From: Acidimicrobiales bacterium
Lineage (GTDB): Bacteria; Actinomycetota; Acidimicrobiia; Acidimicrobiales; Bog-793
Assembly (NCBI GenBank): GCA_049510975.1
Contig: JBEKYM010000001.1
Span: 82,705 to 146,704 of the forward strand
DNA length: 64,000 nucleotides
Reading direction: 5' to 3'
Part shown: positions 36,176 to 47,182 of the stretch, in pieces
Numbering within the stretch: the first letter of the stretch is position 1
How the letters are laid out: every line of letters starts with the position of its first letter
Notes under the pieces: model-generated
The model's input: only the letters and a program-made list of their open reading frames with translations
What the model was told of the DNA's origin: nothing
The model's database searches: none
Position numbers and translations under genes: made by a program

Positions 36176-37194
36176 CCGGGGCACACGCGGCCCACGCCGC
36201 TCAGGCCTACCTGATCACCGGAGACGACCCCAGCCTGCTCTCCGAAGAGCTCACGAACCTCCTGACAGGGCTCTGCGGCGACAGCTTCGTTCCGGTCGAG
36301 GAGCACGGTTCTGACGGCGACGAGGACGTCGACGTCGGGCCGGTGCTGGAGGCTCTGGCGACGCCGCCGTTTCTCGCCGACCGGCGCATTGTCGTCCTCC
36401 GGGGCGCCGAACGGCTCGACGCCGGCCAGGCGGCACAGCTGGCGGCGCGGGTCAAGGAGCCCGTCGAGTCAACGATCCTCGTGCTCGTCACGAGCGGGAC
36501 CGGCTCCAAGTCGGTGCCAGCAGCGCTGTCGAAGGCGGTCAAGGCCACGGGCGAGGTCATCGACAGCTCCGCCGGTCAAGGGCGCCAGCGATCGGACTGG
36601 GTCGGACAGCGCATCCGCCACGCCGGCATCCGCCTCGACGCCGAAGCGACACGCATGTTGAGCGAGCACCTGGGCGAGGACGTCGCCCGCCTGCACTCGA
36701 TCCTCGAGATGCTCGAGGCTGCGTACGGCGCGGGCGCCAAAGTCGGCTCGGGCGAGCTCGCGCCCTTCCTCGGCGACAGCGGCAGCGTGCCGCCTTGGGA
36801 TCTGACCGACACCCTCGATCGTGGCAACACGGCCGATGCCGTCAAGGCGCTGCACCGGATGATGGACGCCGGCGGACGCCATCCGCTCCAGATCATGGCT
36901 TCGCTGCAGCGGCACTACGGAGGCATGCTCCGCCTCGACGGGGCAGAGGTGCGGACCGGGGACGAGGCCGCCGCCATCCTCAAGATGTCGCCGTTCCCGG
37001 CGAGGAAGGTGCTCGAGCAGAGCCGCCGCCTCGGTCATGAGCGAGTCGCCCGCGCCATCGACGTGATCGCCCAGGCGGACAACGAGTTGCGAGGTCGTCT
37101 CGGGTGGCCGGACACGCTCGTCATGGAAGTTCTCGTGGCCCGGCTCGCCCAGCTCGCCCGCTCGCAAGCGGCGCCGGCCGCACGCTCGCGATGA
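36172..37194 (+). CDS. holA: DNA polymerase III delta subunit
   Basis: The length and pattern (YLITGDDPSLL..., C-terminal helical domain) fit HolA. It is translationally coupled on both sides. Confidence 0.7.
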   Translation: MTGAHAAHAAQAYLITGDDPSLLSEELTNLLTGLCGDSFVPVEEHGSDGDEDVDVGPVLEALATPPFLADRRIVVLRGAERLDAGQAAQLAARVKEPVESTILVLVTSGTGSKSVPAALSKAVKATGEVIDSSAGQGRQRSDWVGQRIRHAGIRLDAEATRMLSEHLGEDVARLHSILEMLEAAYGAGAKVGSGELAPFLGDSGSVPPWDLTDTLDRGNTADAVKALHRMMDAGGRHPLQIMASLQRHYGGMLRLDGAEVRTGDEAAAILKMSPFPARKVLEQSRRLGHERVARAIDVIAQADNELRGRLGWPDTLVMEVLVARLAQLARSQAAPAARSR

Positions 37195-38012
37195 CACTGG
37201 GCGAGCCGTCACCAGAGCTTCTTCTCGAGTTGGCCACCGCCATCGCCGTGGAGGCGGGGCAGACGCTGTGTGAACGCTTCTCCGGCGCGGGCCCCACACA
37301 GGCGGTCACCGACAGCATCCGATCGAAGTCGAGCCGGACCGACCTCGTCACCGAGGCCGACCAAGCAAGTGAGCGGTTGATCGTTTCGAGGTTGGCGCGC
37401 GAACGGCCGGCCGATGCCATCCTCGCGGAGGAGAGCGGTGCGACGGGAGGTTCGAGCGGCCTCACCTGGGTGGTCGATCCCCTCGACGGGACGATCAATT
37501 TCGTCTATGGCTTCCCCGTCTTCGGCGTCTCGATCGCCTGCCGGTCCGGCACGACCACGCTGCTCGGTGTCGTGCACGACCCGCTTCGCAGCGAGACCTT
37601 CACCGCCATTCGAGGGGCTGGAGCTTTTCGCAACGGCGCCCGCCTGCGGCTCGAGGCGGGACCGGAGATCGGTGAAGCCCTCGTAGGTACGGGTTTCTCG
37701 TACGAGAGCGCTCGGCGCCAGGCACAAGGGCGGCTCGTCGCGAGGGTTCTTCCGGCCGTTCGCGACATCCGGCGGGCCGGGGCAGCCGCCATCGACCTCT
37801 GCTGGGTGGCCTGCGGACGTCTCGACGCCTTCTACGAGGCTGGGCTTGCTCCCTGGGACCTCGCCGCCGGAGCCCTGATCGTGGCAGAGGCGGGCGGGAC
37901 CGTCACCGAGGCCGGCGGCTTGCTTCCGGGGTATCCAGACCTCACGACAGCGGTGGCGGCTGCCCCCGGGCTTGGGGGTCCGCTGGCGGCGCTATTGCGG
38001 GGCGGGCTGTGA
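37191..38012 (+). CDS. Inositol monophosphatase family protein
   Basis: WVVDPLDGTINFVYG and the WDLAAG motif. ATG 37191 forms an ATGA overlap with the holA stop. Confidence 0.85.
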   Translation: MTLGEPSPELLLELATAIAVEAGQTLCERFSGAGPTQAVTDSIRSKSSRTDLVTEADQASERLIVSRLARERPADAILAEESGATGGSSGLTWVVDPLDGTINFVYGFPVFGVSIACRSGTTTLLGVVHDPLRSETFTAIRGAGAFRNGARLRLEAGPEIGEALVGTGFSYESARRQAQGRLVARVLPAVRDIRRAGAAAIDLCWVACGRLDAFYEAGLAPWDLAAGALIVAEAGGTVTEAGGLLPGYPDLTTAVAAAPGLGGPLAALLRGGL

Positions 38013-38087
38013 TCTTGGCCCACCTTGGCAGCAGCGGACCGGCTCGGGCTCAGATGACGCCGCCCATCGCGAGATAGCGTCCACGCG

Positions 38088-38598
38088 ATGGAATTCGAAG
38101 TCGTCGTGGAGATTCCGAAAGGCCAGCGGAACAAGTACGAGATGGACCACGAGACCGGACGGATCTATCTCGACCGGATGCTCTTCACCTCGACTCGTTA
38201 CCCGGCTGACTACGGGTTCGTGGACGGGACGCTCGGGCAGGACGGTGACCCGCTCGACGCGCTCGTTCTCGTCGAGGAGCCGACCTTCCCCGGTTGTGTC
38301 ATCCGGGCGCGCACCATCGGGATGTTCCGCATGACCGACGAGAAGGGGCCCGACGACAAGGTCATCGCCGTGCCGGCGGCAGACCCGCGCCAGGAGCATC
38401 TGCAGGACCTGCGGCATCTACCGGAGTTCGAGCGCCTGGAGATCCAGCACTTCTTCGAGGTCTACAAGGACCTCGAGCCCGGCAAGTCCGTGGAGGGCGC
38501 CACCTGGGTCGGACGCGAGGAGGCCGAGCGCGAGATCACCCAGGCCCGCGAGCGGTACAGGGCGACCGAGCGGCCCGGGGCGACGCCGCCTCCTGCAC

Positions 38599-38621
<23 letters not shown>
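38088..38621 (+). CDS. ppa: Inorganic pyrophosphatase (family I)
   Basis: [13 protein letters not shown] and [10 protein letters not shown] motifs. A short Pro/Ala-rich C-terminal extension overlaps the convergent gene end by 23 nt. Confidence 0.92.
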
Positions 38622-40251
<1,630 letters not shown>

Positions 40252-40278
40252 CGTGTCGAACCTTCGTTAACCATCACA

Positions 40279-41712
40279 TCAGAACTTGAAGTAGATGAAG
40301 GGCGCGACCCCGGGTGGTCCCATCGTAGTGATCACGAGGAGCACGGCGGCGAGCGCGGCGCCCTGCAACACGGGGCGGAGGCGTCCAAAGACGTCCTGGA
40401 TGCGAGCAGAGACCTGCTCGGGAACGTACTGGGTGCCGATCCCGACGACGACGGTCAGCACGACCGGAAACGTCACGTCCGGCGAAGGCAGGCTCCAGCC
40501 CGACACGAGGCGGTCCAGCATGGCGAAGGCGTTGCCGAACGAGGTCGCGCGGAAGAACACCCAGCCGAGACAGACGTATTGAAAGGTCGCGAACCGCTGC
40601 CAGGCGACGGCAAGCGGCGCATCGCTTTGGGCGGGCAGCCCGCGGGCTGTACGCCGCTGGCGCCGGTAGTGGCCGGTGCACTGGCCGAGGCCGTGCAAGC
40701 CGCCCCAGGCGACAAACGTCCAGGCGGCGCCGTGCCACAGACCGCCGAGCAGCATCGTGATCATGATGTTGCGATACATCACCCAGCGCGAGCCCTTGTT
40801 GCCCCCGAGGGGGATGTAGAGGTAGTCCCTCAACCAGAACGACAGCGTGATGTGCCAGCGGCGCCAAAAGTCCTGCAGGGAACGCGCCGTGTACGGCGAA
40901 TTGAAGTTCTCCGGGAACCGGAAGCCGAGCAGGAGGGCACACCCGATGGCGATGTCGGTGTAGCCGCTGAAGTCGCAGTAGATCTGGACGGCGTAGCCCC
41001 ACACGGCGAAGATCACCTCGGGTGCCGAGTGGAGCCCGGGGTTGGCGAAGACGGGATCCACGATCGCCGACGAGATGTAGCTCGACAGCACGACCTTCTT
41101 GAACAAGCCGCCGAAGATGAGGTAGGCGGCCCTCGGGAGGTCGATGTGGCGGGGATCTCTCCGCTGCGAGCGGGTGATCTGGGGCAACAGCTCCGAGCCG
41201 CGAACGATCGGCCCGGCGACGAGGTGCGGAAAGAAGCACACGAACACGGCGACATCGAGCCAGGGGTACGGCTCGAGCTCTCGGCGGTAGATGTCGAATA
41301 CGTAGGACAGCCCCATGAAGGTGAAGAACGAGATCCCGACGGGAAGCATGACTTCCATCGGCGCAGAGAGCGGCGCCAGGCCGAGGCGGTGGAGGGCGTT
41401 GTCGACGCTGTTGTAGACGAAGCCGTAGTACTTGAACCAAGCGAGGAGGCCGAGCTCGAGCACGGTCGTGACGATGAGCCAGGCCCGCCGGGCGCGATCG
41501 GAACCGGCCTTGTGCACCAGCTTGCCGCCGGCGATCGTGATCGCTGTCGACACCGCCAAGAGGAAGATGAAGCGCCAGTCCCACCAGGCGTAGAACACGT
41601 AGCTGGCGACGATGATGAAGAGCTTCCAGCGCGTCGGAAACGGCGCGAACAACCAATTGAGAATGAAGACGATCCCGAAGAAGATCGCGAAATCGATGGT
41701 GGGAAACAGCAT
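40279..41712 (-). CDS. MBOAT family membrane-bound O-acyltransferase (AlgI/DltB/PatA-like)
   Basis: Polytopic membrane protein with conserved MBOAT blocks (FWRRWHITLSFWLRDYLYIPLGGN, LLGGLWHGAAW). Confidence 0.88.
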   Translation of the reverse strand: MLFPTIDFAIFFGIVFILNWLFAPFPTRWKLFIIVASYVFYAWWDWRFIFLLAVSTAITIAGGKLVHKAGSDRARRAWLIVTTVLELGLLAWFKYYGFVYNSVDNALHRLGLAPLSAPMEVMLPVGISFFTFMGLSYVFDIYRRELEPYPWLDVAVFVCFFPHLVAGPIVRGSELLPQITRSQRRDPRHIDLPRAAYLIFGGLFKKVVLSSYISSAIVDPVFANPGLHSAPEVIFAVWGYAVQIYCDFSGYTDIAIGCALLLGFRFPENFNSPYTARSLQDFWRRWHITLSFWLRDYLYIPLGGNKGSRWVMYRNIMITMLLGGLWHGAAWTFVAWGGLHGLGQCTGHYRRQRRTARGLPAQSDAPLAVAWQRFATFQYVCLGWVFFRATSFGNAFAMLDRLVSGWSLPSPDVTFPVVLTVVVGIGTQYVPEQVSARIQDVFGRLRPVLQGAALAAVLLVITTMGPPGVAPFIYFKF

Positions 41713-41919
41713 TGGTTGCCCCTAGGCGCCGCACCCCGTGCGCGGTGACGGCCGCACCCTAGCCACATGGGCGGGGTGCTGGGTCACCGCGGGCGGGAGC
41801 ACGGCAGTTATCACGGTTCTACTGACGACCCAGCTGGGCTCCGCCTTGCGTCCGCTCATGGACGCGGGCCGATTCCGGTTATTGGAGAAGCGGGAAGACG
41901 GCGATGGACGACTAGAGAC

Positions 41920-42897
41920 TTAGGACTGGCGGCTCTTGATCGCCTCGATCAGCTTCGGGACCACCTTGGCGGCATCACCGACGACACCGAGGTCGGCGAT
42001 CGAGAAGATCGGCGCATCGGCGTCTTTGTTGATGGCGATGATGTTCTTCGCGCCCTTCATCCCCACCATGTGCTGAGTGGCACCGGAGATGCCGACGGCA
42101 ATGTAGAGGGTCGGCTTGACCGTCTTGCCGGTCTGACCGACCTGGTGGGAGTAGGGCACCCAGCCGGCGTCAACGATCGCCCGTGACGCCCCCGCGGCCC
42201 CACGCAGGAGGCCGGCGAGCTCCTCGATCCAGGCGTAGTTCTCCGCGGATCCGAGGCCACGCCCCCCGGAAACCACCACGGGCGCGTCGTCGAGCTTGGG
42301 CCCGCTCTGCGCCTCCACGTGGCGCCCCTGGATCTTTGCGCCGTCCGTGGCGCCCGTCTCCGGCAGCTCGATGCTGACGACCTCGGGCGCCCCTGCGCCC
42401 TGCGCCGGCTCTGCCGCGAACGACTTCGCCCGCACGACGTAGATGCCGGGACCGCCTCCGCTGAAGCGTGCCTTGAGCACTTGGCTCCCGCCGAAGATGG
42501 CGTGCTCGGTGAGCAAACCGTCGCCGTCGGCTTCGAGCCCGACGATGTTGGAGAGCACCGGCCGGTCGAGGCGAGCCGACAAGCGGCCGGCGATGTCGCG
42601 ACCGTCGTAGGTCGTGGGAACGAAGATGGCGTCCGGCGCTCCCGCCGAAGCGATGAGAGCGGCGATGGCAGCGGCGATCCGCGGACCCGGCAGCGAGCTG
42701 CCGATGTCGCCGGCGTCGTACACCTTCGTCGCCCCGTACTCGCCGAGCACACCGGCAGCCTGCGCGGCGCCGGCTCCCCAGGTGACCGCTGCCACGGACC
42801 CGCCGCTGGCGAGGGAGCGAGCGGCAGTGAGGAGCTCGAGAACGATGCCGAGGGGTGTTCCTTCGCTCTGCTCGGCGAGCACCCAGATGCTGTTCAC
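41920..42897 (-). CDS. etfA: Electron transfer flavoprotein alpha subunit
   Basis: C-terminal FAD-binding signature (VGQTGKTVKPTLYIAVGISGATQHMVGM). 325 aa. Confidence 0.9.
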   Translation of the reverse strand: MNSIWVLAEQSEGTPLGIVLELLTAARSLASGGSVAAVTWGAGAAQAAGVLGEYGATKVYDAGDIGSSLPGPRIAAAIAALIASAGAPDAIFVPTTYDGRDIAGRLSARLDRPVLSNIVGLEADGDGLLTEHAIFGGSQVLKARFSGGGPGIYVVRAKSFAAEPAQGAGAPEVVSIELPETGATDGAKIQGRHVEAQSGPKLDDAPVVVSGGRGLGSAENYAWIEELAGLLRGAAGASRAIVDAGWVPYSHQVGQTGKTVKPTLYIAVGISGATQHMVGMKGAKNIIAINKDADAPIFSIADLGVVGDAAKVVPKLIEAIKSRQS

Positions 42898-42906
42898 GAT
42901 CTCCTC

Positions 42907-43692
42907 CTAGAGAACTTTGATCTGCTCGAGGAACGCCACGATTCGCTCGTGGGCGTCCCCTTCGTCGACGACGACCTCACCGGCGCTGCGAGCCTCGGCA
43001 GCTTGCACGGATACGACTTCCTGGCGAGCGCCGGCAAAGCCGACCTCCGACTCGGGAACCCCCAAGCTCGAGGCCGTGTGCTCGGCAACCGGCTTGGAGC
43101 GCGCAGCCATGATCCCTTTGAAGGAGGGGTACCGGGGCTCGACTACACCGGCGGTGACAGTCACGACCGCCGGCAGCGGCGAGGTCACCTCGTCGTAACC
43201 GGCCTCGGTCTGGCGTTGCACCTTGACCTGCCCGTCTGCGACCTCGACGTGTTTGGCGAAGGTAACAGATGGCCAGCCGAGCAACTCCGCCAGCTGGGCC
43301 GGTGTCGTGCCCGTGTAGCCGTCGGTCGCCTCCGTGGCTGCGAGCACCAGATCGGGCCGCGGATCGAGCGACCCGATGGCGGCGGCGAGCACCTTGGCGG
43401 TCCCGAGGGCATCACTGCCCTTGAGGGCCGGGTCGCTCACGAGCACGGCGCTGGCCGCCCCCATGGCAAGGGCTGTCCGCAGCCCGCTCGTCTCGTTGTT
43501 CGGCGCCATGGAGATCAGCACGACGTCACCCCCGCCGCTCGCCTCGACCAGCTGCAACGCCATCTCCACTCCGTAGGAGTCGGAGTCGTCGAGGACGAGC
43601 TTGCCGTCTCGAATGAGTGTGTGGGTACCGGGATCGAGCTTGTAGGGCTCGACCGGGTCGGGTATCTGTTTCACGCAGACGGCCACGTTCAT
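42907..43692 (-). CDS. etfB: Electron transfer flavoprotein beta subunit
   Basis: MNVAVCVKQIPDP N-terminus. The start was set at ATG 43692. It lies directly upstream of etfA. Confidence 0.9.
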   Translation of the reverse strand: MNVAVCVKQIPDPVEPYKLDPGTHTLIRDGKLVLDDSDSYGVEMALQLVEASGGGDVVLISMAPNNETSGLRTALAMGAASAVLVSDPALKGSDALGTAKVLAAAIGSLDPRPDLVLAATEATDGYTGTTPAQLAELLGWPSVTFAKHVEVADGQVKVQRQTEAGYDEVTSPLPAVVTVTAGVVEPRYPSFKGIMAARSKPVAEHTASSLGVPESEVGFAGARQEVVSVQAAEARSAGEVVVDEGDAHERIVAFLEQIKVL

Positions 43693-43804
43693 GACCTTGA
43701 TTGTTCCCGAACAACGGCCTCTCATACCAACTGAGGCGCTCGGCGAGGCGGGAGCTCAGGTCGGCCAAGACTCCGAAGTCCTGCTCAGCACGCTCGAAGC
43801 GGCC

Positions 43805-44536
43805 TCAGGAGGGTGACGATCCGGGCGAGGGTTGCAACGGCCCAAGCGCCCGCTTCGCGGTTGCGACGTCATTGGTGATCACGCCATCGACCCCGAACCG
43901 GCCGAGCTGGGCGATGCGCTCCGGGTCGTCGACCGTCCAGGCACGCACGGCAAGCCCGTCGCTCCGGGCGCGAGCGACGTAAGGGGCGTCCAGCATGGTG
44001 TCAAAGGGGTGCACGCCCTCGAGACGAAGCCTGGCAACCGACGGCTGCGCCCAGGGCGCCGCCGAGCTCCCAGCCAGCGGCCCCAGCAAGAGAGCAAGCG
44101 GCAGCCCGGCAGAGACGTCCCGAACTGCGCTCAGGGCGTCCACGGAGAAGGACGACACGATGAGGCGGCCCGGCATCTGCAGCGACTCGCAGACGAGCGC
44201 TGACTCCCGGGCGCAGCGCTCGCCGGCGTCGTGGGACGAACCGCTCGTCTCGCTCTTGACCTCCACGTTGACGACGAGTCCGAGATCGATGCAGACAGCG
44301 AGCGCTTCCTCGAACAACGGCACCCACTCGGGCAGCTCAGCACGTTGCGCTGCCGACACGGGACCGAGTCCCGCCACCTCGATGTCGTGGTGCACGACCA
44401 GGGCGCCGTCGGCCGTCCGCCGCACGTCCAACTCGACGCCGTCGGCGCCGAGCTGAGCGGCCGCACGAAACGCCTCCAGGGTGTTCTCACGTGCGCCCAT
44501 GCTGACCGAACCACGATGCGCATAGACCGATGTCAC
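43805..44536 (-). CDS. Glycerophosphodiester phosphodiesterase
   Basis: AHRG...ENTLEAF...GADGVELDVR motifs of the GDPD family. The start was reset to GTG 44536. Confidence 0.75.
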   Translation of the reverse strand: MTSVYAHRGSVSMGARENTLEAFRAAAQLGADGVELDVRRTADGALVVHHDIEVAGLGPVSAAQRAELPEWVPLFEEALAVCIDLGLVVNVEVKSETSGSSHDAGERCARESALVCESLQMPGRLIVSSFSVDALSAVRDVSAGLPLALLLGPLAGSSAAPWAQPSVARLRLEGVHPFDTMLDAPYVARARSDGLAVRAWTVDDPERIAQLGRFGVDGVITNDVATAKRALGPLQPSPGSSPS

Positions 44537-44588
44537 GGCTTTCGACCTCCGCGAGCAGGAGCTTTTCCGTGTGCTCGTGCGCACATGC

Positions 44589-44617
44589 TTGCAGACGCGA
44601 CCGTTTCGGCCTATTCT
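44589..44617 (+). promoter_or_regulatory. Candidate promoter upstream of whiB
   Basis: TTGCAG (44589-44594), a 17-bp spacer, then TATTCT (44612-44617). Confidence 0.3.
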
Positions 44618-44691
44618 GAGATGCGCAGTTCCACTCGACCCGTCGCCTTCCCCCGTTCGATGTTCGTAACAGGTGGCGAAGCGGCAGGGTT

Positions 44692-44707
44692 TGTGACTGT
44701 TTTCACG
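44692..44707 (+). promoter_or_regulatory. CRP/FNR-type palindromic site in the whiB leader
   Basis: TGTGA-CTGTTT-TCACG matches the TGTGA-N6-TCACA consensus at 9 of 10 positions. It lies about 50 nt upstream of the TTG start proposed for whiB. Confidence 0.4.
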
Positions 44708-44755
44708 AGTCAGGCCGGCGAGTGGACACCGGGCTTTGGAACAGAGGAGGCGACC

Positions 44756-45049
44756 TTGGCTCTCACCTGGACCCGCTCTATCGAGTGGGATACCGACGAC
44801 TGGCGGCAGACCGCAGCATGCCGGGACACTGATCCCGACTTGTTCTTCCCGATCGGCACGACGGGCCAGGCGATCGACCAGATCGATGCTGCCAGGTCGG
44901 TGTGCTTCACGTGCGACGTGAGGGAGGCATGCCTGGAGTTCGCCCTGGCGACGAACCAGGAGTCGGGCGTCTGGGGCGGGACGTCCGAGGAGGAGCGTCG
45001 CAAGCTCCGCAAGGCCTGGCTGGCCGCCCGCCGGAGGCGGAGCGCCTGA
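44756..45049 (+). CDS. whiB: WhiB family Fe-S redox-sensing transcription factor (WhiB1/WblE-like)
   Basis: C-X22ish-C-X2-C-X5-C pattern (AACRDTDPDLFFP...CFTCDVREAC), the GVWGG turn, and a basic tail. TTG 44756 follows GAGGAGG by 5 nt. In-frame ATGs at 44621 and 44660 are alternative starts. Confidence 0.85.
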   Translation: MALTWTRSIEWDTDDWRQTAACRDTDPDLFFPIGTTGQAIDQIDAARSVCFTCDVREACLEFALATNQESGVWGGTSEEERRKLRKAWLAARRRRSA

Positions 45050-45192
45050 TCTGAGCCGAGCTCGCCGCAGGACCAGCTCGACCTTCGGCGCCGGCGGTGA
45101 GCTCGTGGATATTGGCAGCGGCTGTCGGATGGTGTCCGGTAGCCGCTGCCAATGTTCGCGTCCGGGCCGAGAAGGCCTCGGCGACGAGGCGG

Positions 45193-46518
45193 TCAGGCCT
45201 GAGACTGGCAGGCCGCAATCACACTCGTCGGGATGTCCCCGCCGACGGTGCCCGTTCGCACGCCGGCGCAGAACGTCGCCAGGCTGACGCGCCAGATGCC
45301 GGAAGCTCCCAACACCGCCTGGCCGGTCAACAGGACGCCACCGTTGACGCGGTACACGACTTCTGCGCGTGACGCCGACAGGAACGACACCTGGCGCACC
45401 GTCACCGAGCCGCCCGATGCAGCAGCGCGGGACGGGGTGGGCGGCGCAGCCGCGCCGGCCGGAGCTTCCTGCGTGCCAGTGGTCCCGGACGACGACGACG
45501 GTGCCGCGGTGCTCAGCAGGCCGCCGCCGTTCACTGCCGCGAGGTTGGCCGCAAAGCCAAGCAGCGGGTTGCCGGAGTCCGCCTGCTCGAATGCGGCGAT
45601 GATGGCGCCGGCCGCCAGAGCTGGCTCAGCCGGCTGACTGGAGGAGGCCGACGACGGCTCGGCCGGCAGATCGAGAGCCGAGCAACCGGAGACGTCGCTG
45701 ACGGTGGAGGACTCCCCCACCGCCTTTGGACCGGACCCCAGCACGAAACCCAGCGACTCGTCCCCAGCCCCTCCCTCGGCCACGGCACTCATGTCGTCGA
45801 CGCCCGCACTCGGTCCGGACATCGGGCCGGCGACGACGGCGATGCCTGCCGAAGGCTGGGACGTCACGGGCGTGCCCCCCACATTCTCGGCGGCCACCCG
45901 CGTGACAGCCGAACCCACAGCTGCGGTGACCCACCATTCCTCGCCGCCGCCGGGAACCTGCAGAACACCCGAGTCGAGTATCTCGAGCCCTGTCGGCGCG
46001 AGCATGGGCAGCTGAGCGACGGACGTGCCGCCCCCGAACGACCCGCCCTGTCCGACCGTGGTCGTCACGATCTCGCCATGGGCGCACGACGAGGCCGTGC
46101 TCCACTGGCTCGTGATCGCCACTGGGGCGGAGAACGCCTGCACTGTGGCACTGATGCTGAGGCCCCCCGCCGGCTGGCGGTCGATGACGGTACGCGCGCC
46201 CATGGCCTCCGACGGGTTGGAGCCAGCCGGCGGCGCCGGCGTGTGGTGGCTCGTCGTCTTGGGGGTCGCCGAGGGCTCATCACGGGCGAGCAGACCGTTG
46301 TTCGTCTTGGCGTCGTGCACGCTCGCGAGCGCCCCGGCCAGCCCCCCGACCGAGGCAGCCAGCACGATGACGGCCGCCCCGAGCGCGATGCGCTCGCGGC
46401 GCGCCGCCCGGCGGCCCCGCGCCCGGATTCGGCCGGAGAGATCGTCGAGGTCGGGGGCCGAGCGAACGGCGGCGGCCTTGCTGCGCAGGTGGCGGCTGAG
46501 CTCGTCTTCGATGCTCAT
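45193..46518 (-). CDS. Single-pass membrane protein co-transcribed with the ECF sigma factor (putative anti-sigma/regulatory partner)
   Basis: ATG 46518 overlaps the sigma stop (ATGA). It has a short cytoplasmic N-terminus, a TM helix (IALGAAVIVLAASVGGLAGALA), and an extracytoplasmic region of about 380 aa rich in Ser/Ala/Gly. No HxxxCxxC zinc anti-sigma motif. Confidence 0.55.
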   Translation of the reverse strand: MSIEDELSRHLRSKAAAVRSAPDLDDLSGRIRARGRRAARRERIALGAAVIVLAASVGGLAGALASVHDAKTNNGLLARDEPSATPKTTSHHTPAPPAGSNPSEAMGARTVIDRQPAGGLSISATVQAFSAPVAITSQWSTASSCAHGEIVTTTVGQGGSFGGGTSVAQLPMLAPTGLEILDSGVLQVPGGGEEWWVTAAVGSAVTRVAAENVGGTPVTSQPSAGIAVVAGPMSGPSAGVDDMSAVAEGGAGDESLGFVLGSGPKAVGESSTVSDVSGCSALDLPAEPSSASSSQPAEPALAAGAIIAAFEQADSGNPLLGFAANLAAVNGGGLLSTAAPSSSSGTTGTQEAPAGAAAPPTPSRAAASGGSVTVRQVSFLSASRAEVVYRVNGGVLLTGQAVLGASGIWRVSLATFCAGVRTGTVGGDIPTSVIAACQSQA

Positions 46519-47129
46519 GGTTCGAGCGCCTTTCGCATCCGCTCGAGACCTCGGTGGATCAACGAGCCAACGGTGCCCGGCCGGCACCCGAGAATCTCGG
46601 CAATCTCGTTCTCCGAGAGATCGGAGTAGAACCTCAGCACGACGGCCGCTCGCTGTCGGTAGGGCAGGGTGAGCAGGACGTCGTTGAGCTCACCGCTCGC
46701 CCCCGGTGCGTCGCCGTCGCCGGGCACGACGTAGAGCAACGGCCGCTTGTCCCGTTCGCGTCCACTGCGTCGGAAATAGGACCGGGAGGCGTTCACGACG
46801 CACCGGCGGATGTAGCGGTCCGGCGTGTCGACGTCGGCGAAACGGTGGTGGAGGCGGACGAACGAATCCTGCACGAGGTCCTCGGCAACCTCGCGGGAGC
46901 TCGTGAGCACGTAGGCGAGGCGGACGAGGCTGTCGTAGGACGCGAGGTAGAAAGCCTCGAAAGAGGCTGGGGGCGAAGCACCGTCGAGCTCAGCGTTGGC
47001 CGTGGCTTCCTCCTTCGGGCCTGGCAACCCCCATCGGCGAGCAGGACTTGCCGACAGGGGAAAGAGGGACCGACTCTCGTCGGATCCCACAAGCACCTCC
47101 TCCGCCGGCACGACGTCTGCAACCTCCAT
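46515..47129 (-). CDS. ECF-type sigma-70 family RNA polymerase sigma factor
   Basis: Region 2 (AEDLVQDSFVRL) and region 4 HTH (LSENEIAEILGCRPGTVGSLIHRGLERMR). The start was set at ATG 47129, downstream of the pdtaS stop. Confidence 0.85.
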   Translation of the reverse strand: MEVADVVPAEEVLVGSDESRSLFPLSASPARRWGLPGPKEEATANAELDGASPPASFEAFYLASYDSLVRLAYVLTSSREVAEDLVQDSFVRLHHRFADVDTPDRYIRRCVVNASRSYFRRSGRERDKRPLLYVVPGDGDAPGASGELNDVLLTLPYRQRAAVVLRFYSDLSENEIAEILGCRPGTVGSLIHRGLERMRKALEP

Positions 47130-47182
47130 CACTGCCCAGACGCTTGGCAGGCTCGATATCTTGCGCCTGATTGTGCCGCGGA

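Noticed and set aside
41713-41919. 207-bp gap upstream of the MBOAT gene, as a possible riboswitch or sRNA.
   Set aside because: I see only a short etfA-proximal hairpin (GCGTCC-ATGAGC-GGACGC) and a GGTGCGGC direct repeat. There is no extended conserved-looking structure, and I cannot support a call without covariance-model searches.
44231-44755. Long 272-aa version of the whiB ORF.
   Set aside because: The upstream part overlaps the divergent GDPD gene and promoter region and has no WhiB-like sequence. Cysteine-cluster homology begins near 44800, and a strong SD precedes TTG 44756.
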